DNA of 63,542 nt, the filler included, from Octopus bimaculoides (taxonomy: Eukaryota), in assembly GCF_001194135.2 (NCBI RefSeq). It is 6 parts of 6 records of this genome, joined end to end, with 100 filler letters (N's around TTAATTAATTAA, not from the genome) between each part and the next. Parts side by side here need not be neighbours in the genome. Positions count along the whole stretch, not along the records: positions 20,758 to 32,476 come from NC_069000.1; positions 32,577 to 55,816 come from NC_068996.1; 4 more parts are not named here. One strand, written 5' to 3'. Position 1 is the first letter of the stretch. The number at the start of each line of letters is the position of its first letter. Under the pieces are notes generated by a model that searched no databases, was not told the DNA's origin, and saw only the letters and a list, made by a program, of their open reading frames with translations. This document shows positions 26,400 through 40,424 of the stretch, piece by piece. The position numbers were made by a program, and so were the translations under genes.

Positions 26400-26960
26400 A
26401 TTGCACCAAAAGTCAATATGAGAGTTTCTCCCATGCTGTCTACCACAGTATAGTTTGTTCTAAGAGAACATTCATGTTTAAGTGGGGATAAATACAACCT
26501 CTCAGTTTAAATACTGCCTCTGTCACATCTAATCTAATACATAGATGTTATGAATGTGTCCAGATGATTATTTGGATTGAGAGAGAGTTCGTTCGTAGTT
26601 TTTGGGAGAGCTATGTTGTAGCATAAATCTGGAAGTCTTGTAGATACATCAGGGTGATTGTTTGAACTGTGAGGGATTGACAATGTTTTCTTTTAGGATG
26701 ATGTTGTAGACGTGTTCTGTAATACTATGAATGTCTGAGTATTTTGTCTTGACTGAGGTGGATAATTTTCAAGTAATGTTGTAATGTTCTTGGATGTTGT
26801 AGATGTGTCTGGTTGATTAAAGTTGTGATTATATATGTGGCAGGGACAGCACTGCGTTGATGCTTGTTGTAGCTACAAAGTGTGCCTCTTGCATGAATGA
26901 ATGCTGCAGCTCTTGCGATTGAAGTCTGGTGTAGTTTCAATAGACAAAACAAAACCCGCA
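26400..26960 (-). mobile_element. Possible highly degraded LINE 3' coding fragment (I/Nimb-like)
   Basis: Scattered motifs (AAAFIH, PATY, LPK..RTLSQ..SGH) recall I-group LINE C-termini. Many frameshifts make the support weak. Confidence 0.3.
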
Positions 26961-27489
26961 TGTAAAACAGTTACCTTCTGTTATACCCTATTCCCTTCAA
27001 CTAATCTTACCTTCTTGCAGAGGAAGCCTTTATTTTCCGACTAACTGCTGTTAAATCACTACCACATCACCTGCAACACTCACCTCACCACCATCCCACC
27101 ACCAACACCAACCAACATCACAAAAGGAGTCTCTCCTGCAAGTGATAGCAACCAAATCTCCCTCAAAAGATACCTTACAGTAATTTTAAAGAAAAAATAC
27201 ATTGGACAATGTAATTGTAAACATGTAAATTAGGTGAGATGGTCATGGCTGAACTGCCTATCAGGAACTAAGTAGCAATAACAACCACTCACCATCATCT
27301 TTAATAAAACCACCACCACTGCCACCACCACACACAGCACTACTTCACTTCTCCACTATTGCTTTTTTCCTGCTAACAAACATAAGCCACCCCTATGTTG
27401 AGGTAACTGTCCCCTCTAGCTTTTTGTCCTACACCAGCCGACATCCAACCTTTCACTTTCTCTCTGCCTTTTCCTCTCTCTTCCATCTT

Positions 27490-27526
<37 letters not shown>

Positions 27527-28800
27527 NNNNNNNNNNNNNNNNNNNNNNNNNNNNNNNNNNNNNNNNNNNNNNNNNNNNNNNNNNNNNNNNNNNNNNNNNN
27601 NNNNNNNNNNNNNNNNNNNNNNNNNNNNNNNNNNNNNNNNNNNNNNNNNNNNNNNNNNNNNNNNNNNNNNNNNNNNNNNNNNNNNNNNNNNNNNNNNNNN
27701 NNNNNNNNNNNNNNNNNNNNNNNNNNNNNNNNNNNNNNNNNNNNNNNNNNNNNNNNNNNNNNNNNNNNNNNNNNNNNNNNNNNNNNNNNNNNNNNNNNNN
27801 NNNNNNNNNNNNNNNNNNNNNNNNNNNNNNNNNNNNNNNNNNNNNNNNNNNNNNNNNNNNNNNNNNNNNNNNNNNNNNNNNNNNNNNNNNNNNNNNNNNN
27901 NNNNNNNNNNNNNNNNNNNNNNNNNNNNNNNNNNNNNNNNNNNNNNNNNNNNNNNNNNNNNNNNNNNNNNNNNNNNNNNNNNNNNNNNNNNNNNNNNNNN
28001 NNACCACCACCACCACCACCACCACCGCTGCCGCCGCCTCCACCACCACCACAATGACTGCTATCACCACATTTCTGCCTCATCATTCATCATCAACATC
28101 ACCTCACTACTACCGCCAAGCTGTAGCAATTCATCAAAGGACCTCCTTATACTGGCCATTAATCTTTGTTGTTCTTTTGTGTCGATAAAGACTGATGATT
28201 CATGGTTTGTTCATTGATGGTTCAGCCAACTTGGTAGCCTACAGTACCAAGTTCAATTCCTGTCTGTAGTACTGAAATTTTGACAGGATAGATCCAGAAA
28301 CTTCATTTACTGTCTGCCTTCATTTCTTCATCAATCTCACTCCATCATTTTTGTTGTTTCTTTTTGTTAGCATGGCTGTGTGGTTTGCTTCTCAACCACA
28401 TGGTTTTGAGTTGCCCCACTGCAATGCATCTTATGCAAAGATCATCTACTACAGTGCTGAGCCTACCAAAGCTTTAAGTGTGGATTTGGTTGACAGAAAC
28501 TGCAGTCCAACAAATAAAACAAGTAAAAGATATAGGAAAAGTCTCAAATTGTTTTACCAAAACTGACACAACTAAAACCTTGGTGGACAGAAAAGGAGAA
28601 TGCATCGGGAGCTGTCATAGGAGAGCAGCTTCCCTCTAAAGTAATTCTACCTATGAACCATGTCATTTTGTAGAAGCTATAAAGGAAGATATATTCATCA
28701 TTTCTTTATTGATCTGTGTCCTCTTTGCTTTGTATCACATCAAGAATATGTATCTCTCTGTAACACCAACATTCTTACAAGTTGTATTTTTCCCATTAAT

Positions 28801-29167
28801 TACTCTTTTACTCTTTTAGTTGTTTCAATCATTTGACTGCGGCCATGCTGGGACACCGCCTTTAGTCGAGAAAATCAACCCCAGGACTTATTCTTTGTAA
28901 GCCTAGTACTTATTCTATCGGCCTCTTTTTGCCGAACCGCTAAGTTACAGGGACGTAAACACACAAACATATACACACACATACATATATATATACATAT
29001 ATACGATGGGCTTCTTTCAGTTTCCGTCTACCAAATCCACTTACAAGGCTTTGGTCGGCCCGAGGCTATAGTAGAAGACACTTGCCCAAGGTGCTATGCA
29101 GTGGGACTGAACCCAGAACCATGTGGTTGGTAAGCAAGCTACTTACCACACAGCCACTCCTGTGCCT
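28801..29167 (-). mobile_element. Full-length SINE family C (head, CORE-like region, TA/CA linker, 3' domain, GAGTAAAA tail)
   Basis: The reverse complement runs aggcacaggagtggctgtgtggtaag...ccttgggcaagtgtc...gatagaataagtactaggc...cagtcaaatgattgaaacaactaaaagagtaaaagagta. Confidence 0.9.
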
Positions 29168-29397
29168 ATTGACAATTTATCATCAAAGACATGTGAAAGA
29201 AGATATCACTTATTTGAAAAACAGGTGTTACCAACAAGAAAGGCATCTGGCTGTAAAACAATGCCCTAAAATAATATATTCAATTAATCCATGCTAGCAT
29301 GAAAAAACAAATGTAAAATAAACAAATGATGTGTGAATTTGTGTCTGTCTGTACACTTATATATATGTACATACATATACATATACATATATACAAC

Positions 29398-29560
29398 TCT
29401 CTGAGTGGTTGGCGTTAGGAAGGGCATCCAGCTGTAGAAACTCTGCCAATTTAGATTGGAGCCTGGTGTAGCCATCCGGTTGCACCAGTCCTCAGTCAAA
29501 TCGTCCAACCCATGCTAGCATGGAAAGCGGACGTTAAACGATGATGATGATGATGATGAT
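29398..29560 (+). mobile_element. SINE-like family E 3' part with (GAT)n tail
   Basis: ttggcgttaggaagggcatccagctgtag...ccaacccatgctagcatggaaagcggacgttaaacgatgatgat. Related fragments lie at 29220-29310, 32000-32200 and 57330-57400. Confidence 0.8.
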
Positions 29561-30061
29561 ATAAATTTAATGCACAAAAAATGGATTTAACTAATCTGGT
29601 GGTACTCATAAGAAAAAGCTCTGTTAATGGATCAGGCTACAAGCCACATAGTAAACCAAAACAAAATACAAAAAGTGTAATGTATAGTCCGATGCAGTTG
29701 TGATTCAATAAATCAAATTAGTAATGATAATTTTATTACGAGTGTATAAAATATAAAGAGAGAGAGAGGGAGGATAAGGTGAAAATATTTATTTCGCCAA
29801 TTGACATTCATACAACTATAATTGTAAAAGGCATGACTGTGTGATAAGAAGCTTGCTTGCTCAACTGCTTCGTCCTGGGTTCAGTCTCATTGTGTGGTAC
29901 CTTGGGTAAGCATCTTCTAATATAATCCTGGGTTGACCAAAACCTTGTAAAATCAGTTTTGGTAGAAAGGAAGCTGAAAGACATTAGGCTAAGTGAAGGA
30001 TAGAGAGGGGTAAAAGGATGTCTGTGTCTGCTTGCTACAGCAGAAGCACCTACAACAATTC

Positions 30062-30274
30062 TTTTCTACTCTAGGCACAAGGCCCAAAATTTTGTGGGAG
30101 GGGGCCGGTCGATTAGATCAACTCCAGTACACAACTGGTACGTAAGTTATCGATGCCGAAATGATGAAAGGCAAAGTTGACCTTGGTGGAATTTGAACTC
30201 AGAACGTAAAGACAGATGAAATACCGCTAAGCATTTCACCTGGTGTGCTAACATTTCTGCCAGCTTACCACCTT
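30062..30274 (-). mobile_element. Full SINE family A copy
   Basis: Complete head, core and tail on the reverse strand. Confidence 0.88.
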
Positions 30275-30346
30275 AGCACCTATAGCAATTAACAAAAGCA
30301 TGGTACAGGCTATGAAGTTATGTTTGCAAGTGGTAGTTGTAGTTAA

Positions 30347-30379
<33 letters not shown>

Positions 30380-30738
30380 AAGAGAGAGAGAGAGGGGGGA
30401 AGGAGAAAGAGAGAGAGACACACACACACAAAAAGAGTGTGTGTGTGTGTGTGCATGTGTGTGCATGCAGTGTAGCTTAGATGTGAACAGATTTCTAATA
30501 GGAGACAAAATGAGCCACACACAAGCACACTCATACATACACACTTACAGACACAAACACAAATGTGCAGAAGTATTCAAAGACAAATAGTAGTTCCTCA
30601 ATCAACTGAATAAACTACTCATTGAGTATGAATGGTTGAGTATTCCACAGACACGTTTGCAAAGCTGGCTCTTTGAATTACAGGTACATTAGTCCATTCA
30701 AAGGATCTTATTGGTTGAGCACACACATGAGCAGACAT

Positions 30739-30787
<49 letters not shown>

Positions 30788-30808
30788 CACATTCATTTAT
30801 ATATATGT

Positions 30809-30973
30809 ACGACAAGCTTCTTGCAGTTTACAGCTGTCAAATCCATTCACAAGGCTTTGGTCAGCCTGGGTCTATGGAAGAGACACTTATCCAAAATACC
30901 ACACAGTGTGATTGAACCTCCAAACCATGTGATTGGGAAGTAAGCATCTTACCATCCTACCACACCTCTGCCT
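30809..30973 (-). mobile_element. SINE family C copy (degenerate)
   Basis: It contains aatccattcacaaggctttgg...gaagagacacttatccaa...aaccatgtgattgggaagtaagcatcttacc. Confidence 0.8.
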
Positions 30974-31071
30974 CTTCACAGCCATACATGCACTTAATAC
31001 ACACATAACATTTATAAAGATACAGTGAATAATGCATCTTCACAAATACACCCATTTACTTATAAACATGG

Positions 31072-31104
<33 letters not shown>

Positions 31105-31534
31105 TGACACGCACACACAGAATTAGAAATATCTGTTTATATATGTGCACATATAATACACATATACAAACACGCACATGCACACATATGTACACTCGCA
31201 CACATGCGCATAAACACAGACACACACAAAGACGCACACAAACTTTAAAATATCTATTTAAGTATGTGCGCTCATAATACACAAACACATACACTCACAC
31301 ATGAACACATATATGCACAAATATAAAAGAAAGTCAGTTTAAAACCTGTTTTGCAAAGAGAAATTTTTTGAATTTAGTAAAGAGAGCTGACATTTGAGGT
31401 CAACATGACATGAAAATGGCTGCATGGCTGAATGGTTTATGCAGTAGTCACCAGAGTCTGTTATAAATAGCCTTCAAGTGACAACTGTCATAAAAAGAGA
31501 ATGACACATTAGATAATGTATTCTTAAATACATA

Positions 31535-31732
31535 CTCTTTTACCTTTCCCTTATATCAGTCATTGAACTGCAGACATGCTGGGACACCGCCCTTGAAGGG
31601 TCTACTTCAACAAATTGATGCCAGTACTTATTTTTCTAAGCTTGGGACATATGATTTTCGTCTCATTTTGCTGAACTGCTAAATTATGGCAATGTAAACA
31701 AACCACTACTGGTTGTCAAGTGACATGGTGGA

Positions 31733-31740
<8 letters not shown>
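31535..31740 (-). mobile_element. SINE family C 3' domain (degenerate)
   Basis: Homologous to 28801-28960. Confidence 0.7.
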
Positions 31741-31999
<259 letters not shown>

Positions 32000-32200
32000 C
32001 ATCATCATCGTCATTGTTTAATGTCCGCCTTCCATGCTGGCATGGGTTGGATGGTTTGGCATGGAGCTGGCTAGCAGGGAGTTAGCCAGAGTCCAACTGT
32101 CTGTTGTGGCATGGTTTCTACAGCTGGATGCCCTTCCTAATACCAACCACTTAACAGAGTATGTTGGATGCTTTTTATATGCTACTTGCATGGGTATGTT
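32000..32200 (-). mobile_element. SINE-like family E copy
   Basis: It contains catcatcatc...tttaatgtccgccttccatgctggcatgggttgg...tttctacagctggatgcccttcctaataccaac. Confidence 0.8.
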
Positions 32201-32441
32201 AATGCAACACTGGCAACTGAAAGGATAAGCCTGTATGTGTTGAAAACAGTGATTTAACTTAGCTTGATACATCTTATCAAGTACAGCAAATCACCACATC
32301 TCCTGGTCCCTTATCATATCTTCAGTGAGATCCAATGTCCTGGATCTACCCCTTCCACAGGTACCACACACACAAACATGCATATAATATATATATATAT
32401 ATACCTTGTGGCTTCATCTGGGATTTCAGATAGAAATTTGT

Positions 32442-32476
<35 letters not shown>

Positions 32477-32576
32477 NNNNNNNNNNNNNNNNNNNNNNNN
32501 NNNNNNNNNNNNNNNNNNNNTTAATTAATTAANNNNNNNNNNNNNNNNNNNNNNNNNNNNNNNNNNNNNNNNNNNN

Positions 32577-32615
<39 letters not shown>

Positions 32616-33434
32616 TATACACACACATATATTATTTAATACATACATGTTCTCATTTGCTACTAATAGTCTTTTTTGTGTGCTGAAAACATGGCAAATG
32701 AATCATAGTATGTGTAACATCTCCGCACATTCATCAACCACAAACCACATAGCATAACAATGCAGAGATAGAGTACTTATTTTGTTGATCCTACCATCAC
32801 GGAACAGTACATGATGTGTGTGTCTGTGTGTGTGTGTTCAGATATGTATGGGCGCGAGTGATTGTGTGTGTTACCATCTCTCACCCCTCTTTTTCTCTTT
32901 CTCACGCGCGTGCTGACTCAAAGAAATTCATTACGATATAATTAGAAACTATAACCTCATCATACAATTAGTATTATATAACACTAATGTCAACAGGTAT
33001 AAACTCAACAGCAATAATAAAAGAGCTCCTTACGTAATTCGATTTCAACTAAGATTTCTTTTAAATATATTTGAAGATTTTAGGCAATATCTTTTCGTTA
33101 AGACTCAAGAAGTATAATACCAAGATGTTACGGTCAGCAGATATTGGTAAATATCAGCACACAATATGTGTGCTGATATAATAAAATATATCAACGAGTT
33201 CTTATTAGGTGCATTTGTCTGTGATGCCTCTGATTGACAGGACACAATAATTTCGAAACAACGGTTATTTCAGAGTTCATTGTACTAATGTATCAAGTGT
33301 TTTATGAATACACATTCTTCGCAACACGAAATTGTTTTCACATCAAGAAACACAGCAGCGATAAGTATCTTCCCGTTCGAATTTGCACAGACGTATTAAG
33401 GATAAGTATTCAAGTCCACATCTTAGTATTTATA

Positions 33435-34583
33435 CACTGAACCAGAAAAGAAACGCGAGACGTGTGAGACTGTGAAATATGTTTTAATTTCATTGTGTCA
33501 TAGGTAGATTTTGATAAACCTAATAAAGTCAATTTCTCGAATGCACTTTGACCACGTCTATGGATCGTTGGTAGTGGGCAGATCCAGCACATCGAGATTG
33601 TAGAGCAAGACATGTTCAATACCGTGTATGCCCGTCCTGGGTGTTCAAAACGGTGATACACCGTCGGTACATTTAGTGCATGACGTGGTTCACAAAAGTC
33701 ATTGTCATCTGTGCCCACACCCTGAGGAAAGCTGCCTCCAGTTCAACACGATTTGTTGACCTTGGGACCATCTGGTTCAGCCGTCTCTGGATTTCAACCC
33801 ACAGGTGTTCAATTGGGTTCAAATCCGGGCTGAGAACCGGCAACGGCATGGTTCTGATGTTGTGCTGAAGCAGGAAGTCCATGGTGACCCTGGTCGTGTG
33901 TGGGGGAGCATTGTCCTACTGGAACACGTGGCTATGGCGACGTGCGAAGAAGGGCACGATGTGAGGTCATAGGATCTGGTCAACGTGGTATTGCGCTGTG
34001 ATGCCATTCCCTCTGCCTGAACCAACATTTTGGAACACATGGGACCCAATTCTCTGATTCAGGCCTATAGCACCCCAAACCATGATGCTTTGGCCACCCC
34101 ACACATCTCTCTCCATGACATATGCGTCTCTGTAGCGTTCACCCCTCCTACGCCACACCTTCAATCTGCCATCTGAGGTGGAAACGAAACACTGGCTCTC
34201 GTCAGATAAGACTATCGACATCCATTGTTGATGTTGCCAATGTCGGTGCTGTTTAGCCCACTGTAGTCGTGCCAGACGGTGGCGGTGGGTGAGTACAGGC
34301 TCTCGAGTAGGACGACGGCAATGCAGGTTGTTGGCCACCAGTCGACTTCGTACCGTGTTGTCACTGATGGGTCGCTTTCCAGTACCAGTGGTCTCGTGAG
34401 CTGTTACATTGGCCAGTCTGAATCGATGACGGAGATGTTGCAGGTGGATGAAGCGGTTCTCTGCGGCACGGTCTGCATTGCTGTTTGTGTTGTATCGCTG
34501 TTGCAGGCGATAGATGGTGCCGAGACGGACATTGTAAGCTTTTACCAGGGCACATTGCCCTGCTTGCAATCGGCTGATAGCTT

Positions 34584-34585
<2 letters not shown>
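33435..34585 (-). mobile_element. Tc1-like (DD34E) transposon, 5' end missing
   Basis: Motifs are VLSDESQ...VWRRRGERY...IMVWGAIG, FQ*DNAPPHT and SPDLNPIEHLW. A TA-flanked TIR CACTGAACCAGAAAAGAAACGC starts at 33435. The 5' side ends at a (CT)n array. Confidence 0.92.
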
Positions 34586-34654
<69 letters not shown>

Positions 34655-34656
<2 letters not shown>

Positions 34657-35460
34657 GCTGCTGGCAATCGGGTCATACCTGATGCGTCCAAATTACGAAT
34701 CTATTCTTTATTGTCCACAGGGGACCAGATACAGATTCGACAGTACAAAGACAAACAAGACAATACAAACGAAGAAAACAAAATGATGGGAAAAAAAAGC
34801 GAATGGAAAATGAGTGGTACATGATTAATGAGATGAAAAGGCGATACCATGGTTACCCGAGCCTCACGACCCACATAACATCATTGAACTTTTCAGAAGA
34901 TTTACAAAAGCCATTCTTTGATTTTAATCTCTGGTTTGTTTCTGCTATGAGATGTCTGCGTTGTACAATTATTATTCTGTGTTGGTGTTGCAGTTTTCTG
35001 CGTTTTAATCCATATGTTCGGAATGGTCAGTATTCGCGTCCGTGTTTGTTCTGTATTGTTTGTTTTAAAGATTTTTATATTCGTAGGAGGGAGAGAACGA
35101 GAACTTTTCTTTTTTTTTCTTTTCCTTTTTGCTATTGACCACTCACTATCACTTACCTCAGTTGAGGTGGATGGGCTATCCTCTGCAGTTTCTTCCTTCG
35201 TACTGCTCTCTTTCTCCACTGGCTCCTCAACTATGTCTTGCTTGTTCATTTCTTTGCCCGGGGCTTCCTCATCTGGTAACTTCCCTTCTTGCTGCTGAAC
35301 CTATGGTGCCTCTCTCCGATCTTCCTTGTGTTCTTTATCGTGGGGTTCTGCCCTGACCCGAGACTTTGTCTCGGTCCAGGGCAGAATCCCACGATGTCTC
35401 GTCCGGTAGCGTTACAAACTCTGGAATTTCTTCCAGATCACCTAGTGTAGGCTGTATCGT
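34655..35460 (-). mobile_element. Unclassified remnant with an ORF1/gag-like acidic-then-basic peptide
   Basis: ORF 34902..35249 has an acidic tract followed by KRKRKKKK. Upstream lies GDLEEIPEFVTLPDETSW...GRTPR, and downstream there is an AATAAA near 34708 and then (GA)n. The LINE ORF1 resemblance is an impression only. Confidence 0.35.
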
Positions 35461-35468
35461 TGCACATA

Positions 35469-35650
35469 GTTTAGCGCGCCGAGCAAAATGCTTAGCGGTA
35501 TTTCGTCTGTCGCTATGTTCTGAGTTCAAATTCCGCCTAGATTGACTTTGCTTTTCACCCTTTCTGGGTTGATTAAATAAGTACCGTTACGCACTGGGGT
35601 CGATGTAACTGACTTAACCCCTTCCTCCAAGCTGCCCTTCTGTCAAAACT
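35469..35650 (+). mobile_element. SINE family A copy
   Basis: It contains gcgccgagcaaaatgcttagcggtatttcg...ctgagttcaaattccgcc...aagtaccgttacgcactggggtcgatg. Confidence 0.88.
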
Positions 35651-35659
35651 ATGCAATTA

Positions 35660-35726
<67 letters not shown>

Positions 35727-35758
35727 CATCATTATTATTATTGTTATTGTTATTGTTA

Positions 35759-35823
<65 letters not shown>

Positions 35824-35903
35824 TTGTATTATTATTATTATTATTATTATTATCATTATCATCATCATCATCATTATTATTATTATTATTATTATTATTT
35901 ATT

Positions 35904-36464
35904 CTCTTTGCACAGCTTCTAACGCTGGAGATGTACTACAGTTCTACCTGTTCACTACCGGTGAACTAAGGTAACATCCCTTATTTTTCGAGTACCNNNN
36001 NNNNNNNNNNNNNNNNNNNNNNNNNNNNNNNNNNNNNNNNNNNNNNNNNNNNNNNNNNNNNNNNNNNNNNNNNNNNNNNNNNNNNNNNNNNNNNNNNNNN
36101 NNNNNNNNNNNNNNNNNNNNNNNNNNNNNNNNNNNNNNNNNNNNNNNNNNNNNNNNNNNNNNNNNNNNNNNNNNNNNNNNNNNNNNNNNNNNNNNNNNNN
36201 NNNNNNNNNNNNNNNNNNNNNNNNNNNNNNNNNNNNNNNNNNNNNNNNNNNNNNNNNNNNNNNNNNNNNNNNNNNNNNNNNNNNNNNNNNNNNNNNNNNN
36301 NNNNNNNNNNNNNNNNNNNNNNNNNNNNNNNNNNNNNNNNNNNNNNNNNNNNNNNNNNNNNNNNNNNNNNNNNNNNNNNNNNNNNNNNNNNNNNNNNNNN
36401 NNNNNNGATGATGCCTTCAGGTTTATGTTCGTACCACTTTTTTGCTCTGTCAAGTCCATACTTT
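35904..36464 (-). mobile_element. 5'-truncated REL-type LINE inside a (TAA)n array (middle is an N gap)
   Basis: 36406-36464 encodes KYGLDRAKKWYEHKPEGII. 35904-35996 is the same 3'UTR as 8920-9010. (TTA)n flanks both sides. Confidence 0.85.
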
Positions 36465-36465
36465 A

Positions 36466-36560
<95 letters not shown>

Positions 36561-36561
36561 T

Positions 36562-36787
36562 AGGCAGCGAGCTGATAGATTTGTTTGTACGTTGGATGAA
36601 ATGCTTAGCGGTATTACGCCCGTCCATACGTTCTGAGTTCAAATTCCGCCGAGGTCAACTTTGCCTTTCATCCTTTCGCGGTCGATCAATTAAGTACCAG
36701 TAAAACACTGAGGTCGATGTAAACGACTAGCCTCCTCTCCCAAAACTGTTGCCTTTGTACCAAATTTTAAAATCATTATCATCATCA
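36562..36787 (+). mobile_element. Full SINE family A copy
   Basis: Head, core and tail are all present. Confidence 0.88.
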
Positions 36788-36816
36788 TCATTCTTCTTCT
36801 TCTTCTTCTTCTTCTT

Positions 36817-36912
<96 letters not shown>

Positions 36913-37088
36913 TTTATTTGAAACAGACACCGGTGAGAACTACGAGACAGAAGGAGATCATATTAGGGTCCACTAGTGCACAACTGCGTGACACATACAC
37001 ACACCGACCGTGACCGATCGCCATTAAAGACACCTTAGTCCCAATGCGGTACACCGTTCATCATTATTGCTGTTGTTATTATTATTAA

Positions 37089-37233
<145 letters not shown>

Positions 37234-37870
37234 TCTGTTGTTGTTGCTGTCGTCGTCGTCATCGTTGTCCTGGTTGATGATGTTTTGTTATTGTTATTGC
37301 TGTTGTGGTGGTCGTTGGTCTTGTTGTCGTTGTTGTTGCTTGTTGTTAACAATGTTAGATTGGTATTTTGTTCTAAAGATGGCGGGTAACACAACCCGTT
37401 GCAGTCAGATGCAAAGCCAATCGTGACCAACGGTGTGAGAGAACAAGGAAAAAGAAAGAAAATAGACACACGTAAAATGAAACGAAAACAGTATTTGTGT
37501 TTAATTTTTATATAGTTTTGTATTTTTATTTTAACTCATTTTGTTTTATTTTAGTTTTTCACAAACAAGGAACGGGTAGATGGGTTTTTATGTTTTCTGA
37601 GCAAAGGAGACAATAATAGATACATCAAGTGTGACAGGGCACGTGAAAATTAATGAGCCGTTTTATAAACAGACATCTATCTTTACCGTCTTAAGCTACG
37701 CATTAAACAATGGCTCCACACGCTTGACGAATCGATCGACTTTCTGTATGTGTGCGTCCGTGTGTGTCCGTGTGTGTGTGTTTGTGTGACCGTGGGTGCG
37801 TGTGTGTGTGTGCGCGCACGCGTGTCTGAGAAAGAGTGAGAAAGAGCGTGAGAGGGGGTGTGTGAGTGAA

Positions 37871-37915
<45 letters not shown>

Positions 37916-39183
37916 TTGTGTTCGTGTGTGTGTGTGTGTCTGTGTGTGTGTGTGTGTGTGGCGTGTGTTTGTGTGTGATTAGAAATATCAATTAATTTGA
38001 AATGAATCAGTTATCAATTGTCGACAGGGCACACACTATTGACCAATGAGAAAAAGCCTTCAATACATCTGCTCGTCGCATAGAAAATACAGTAGTCATC
38101 AGATTACAGGAAGACTTGTAGTGGAATACATCATGCTTTATACATACACACATACATAAATACATACATACATACATACATACATACATACATACATACA
38201 TACATACATACATACATACATACCATCTTCGAAACGCCTAGTTTAGAATAGAGGCAGCTGATGAAGGAAAAGTTCAATAAGTGGCTCGTCTGTTTTCCTA
38301 TGTGTTCATTCTGTTGTCTGTAAACAAAGTCCGTTTTTTTTTACGTCCTGTACCCGGATATGCATCTATATATACATGTAGATGTAGATATGTACATATA
38401 TGTATACATACATATATATCGTTGACGGGTGTATCGATCCAATGAACGCCTTAATACTCTATTTCTCCTGCCGAAGTCTATATTGGCTGTCAGTTTACTA
38501 AACATCTGAATACTGCAGTTGTCTCGCGAGATCTAAAACCGAAATAGTTCACTGCTAGTTTAGCATGATGGAATTTGGGGAGGCGATTCACAAGATTTTG
38601 TGTATTTGTCACAAGACCTAACTTATTTATGATGAGAGATGTTGGTATTCTTGTACGTTTTTGTGTCAGTGTGATTAATCTCATAATATCAAAATTAGTT
38701 GTTCTTGCATAGATAATATCACTTCCAGAATTGTATGCTACAGCATAAGCAAGCACACACCCACAATCTTCATCCTATACCTGAGCTTATAAAAACTGAA
38801 CTATCTACCGTGAGCTTCCTGCTTTTCTGTCATGTTGTCTATAAAACCATTCTCAATTTATGCATTACATGTACTCTTTCAAGTGTAGAGACTGGGTAAG
38901 CTCTATTTCTCTGTCTCGTTTCATTTCGTGACTCGGGAACCGTGGAAAAGATTTCAACAACATCACACAGAACATCGTTGTTAGGGGTCCTCTTTACTCA
39001 CATGAGTTTATGTAATAGCCAATTCTGTTTCCATCAACCACCAGAGTTAGAAAACTAGCCTATCCTATTTTCAATATCAGAGGTATGCGCTCTTCATGAA
39101 TTTCAAACCACTAGCAACTCGAAAATGTCACCCTAGGCCAGGTTGTTCTACGCACATTCGCAGGGTACATGACCCTGCTATAC

Positions 39184-39284
<101 letters not shown>

Positions 39285-39732
39285 AGCCCTACGTTACCCA
39301 GCTGAAATGCTTGTCGAACTAACAGGTAAGGTAACCTGAGGCCTCTAAACCGTTTAACCCACTACGTAGTAACTTTTGTCACTGAAAAGTCACACTTTAC
39401 GTTTTGTCGTTTCCTCAGCATCAACATACTCATTCGTCTCAGTGTTTTTCTTTTTCTACTGAGTCTATTTATTCAGTATCTAAATAATGTGTCTCTCTAC
39501 TTAATGTTAAAAATACTGTGTCCATCCGCTCAGCGTCAAACCTTTGTCGTATATTTACTTAACATTAAAACTCTTTTGTCTTCCCGCTCAACATCTAAAC
39601 AATGAGATCAGCCATTCTATGTTTAGAACCTTCGAGTTAATGAATATACTACACCGATGAAGTCAACGTAGAATACTCTTTCCACTCGACATCAAACACG
39701 CTTGTCTGTCCACTCAACATTACCTTGCTCAA

Positions 39733-39951
39733 GTCTCAAGGCGACGAGCTGGCAGAATCTTTAGCAAGCCGGGCGAAATGCTAAGCAGTATTTCGTCTCT
39801 CTTTACGTTCTGAGTTCAAATTCCGCCGAGGTCAACTATGCTTTTCATCCTTTCAGCGTCGATAAGTTAAGTACTAGTTGCGTATTGGGGTCGATCTAAT
39901 CGACTTGCCCCCTCCCCCCAAATGTCGGGCTTTGTGCCTGGAGTAGAAAAG
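39733..39951 (+). mobile_element. Full SINE family A copy with perfect 14-bp TSD
   Basis: The TSD attaccttgctcaa lies at 39719-39732 and 39952-39965. Confidence 0.92.
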
Positions 39952-40197
39952 ATTACCTTGCTCAACGTCCAAATATTATTTCTGTCGTTTAAAGAATGGA
40001 GTCAGTGAAGGAGCTGCAATCCAAAATTGGTAAAATCTTTCTCAATCGCCTTTAAAGAGAGGAAAAGTTATTAACGGACAATACAGTCTGAGATTATTAG
40101 ATTTGTATGAAAAGACAGGTTGACAATAGTCGTAGATGCTGTCGAAGGGAGAGGCAAAGATTGATAAAGCTTGGCACCAGTCACATCACAATACAAA

Positions 40198-40295
40198 TAC
40201 ATCTTTTACAGCTGAGTGAACTGGAGCCACGTGAAAATAAAGTGCTTTGCTTACGAACACAACACACAGCCCGGTCCGGGAATCGAACTCACTAC
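40198..40295 (-). mobile_element. SINE family D fragment
   Basis: The reverse complement gtgagttcgattcccggaccgggctg...ctccagttcactcagctgta matches 53130-53195. Confidence 0.8.
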
Positions 40296-40424
40296 CTTTG
40301 CCTTTCATCCTTCCGCGGTCGATCAATTAAGTACCAGTAAAACACTGAGGTCGATGTAAACGACTAGCCTCCTCTCCCAAAACTGTTGCCTTTGTACCAA
40401 ATTTTAAAATCATTATCATCATCA
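40296..40424 (+). mobile_element. SINE family A 3' half, near-identical to 36659-36787
   Basis: One mismatch over 129 bp, counted by eye. Confidence 0.88.

Noticed and set aside
38228-38270. GAAA...CTGATGA as a type II hammerhead
   Set aside because: No consistent helix III/NUH or helix II pairing could be built.
38490-38756. 88-aa complex ORF on the minus strand
   Set aside because: There are no recognisable motifs or convincing splice boundaries, and the length is compatible with chance.
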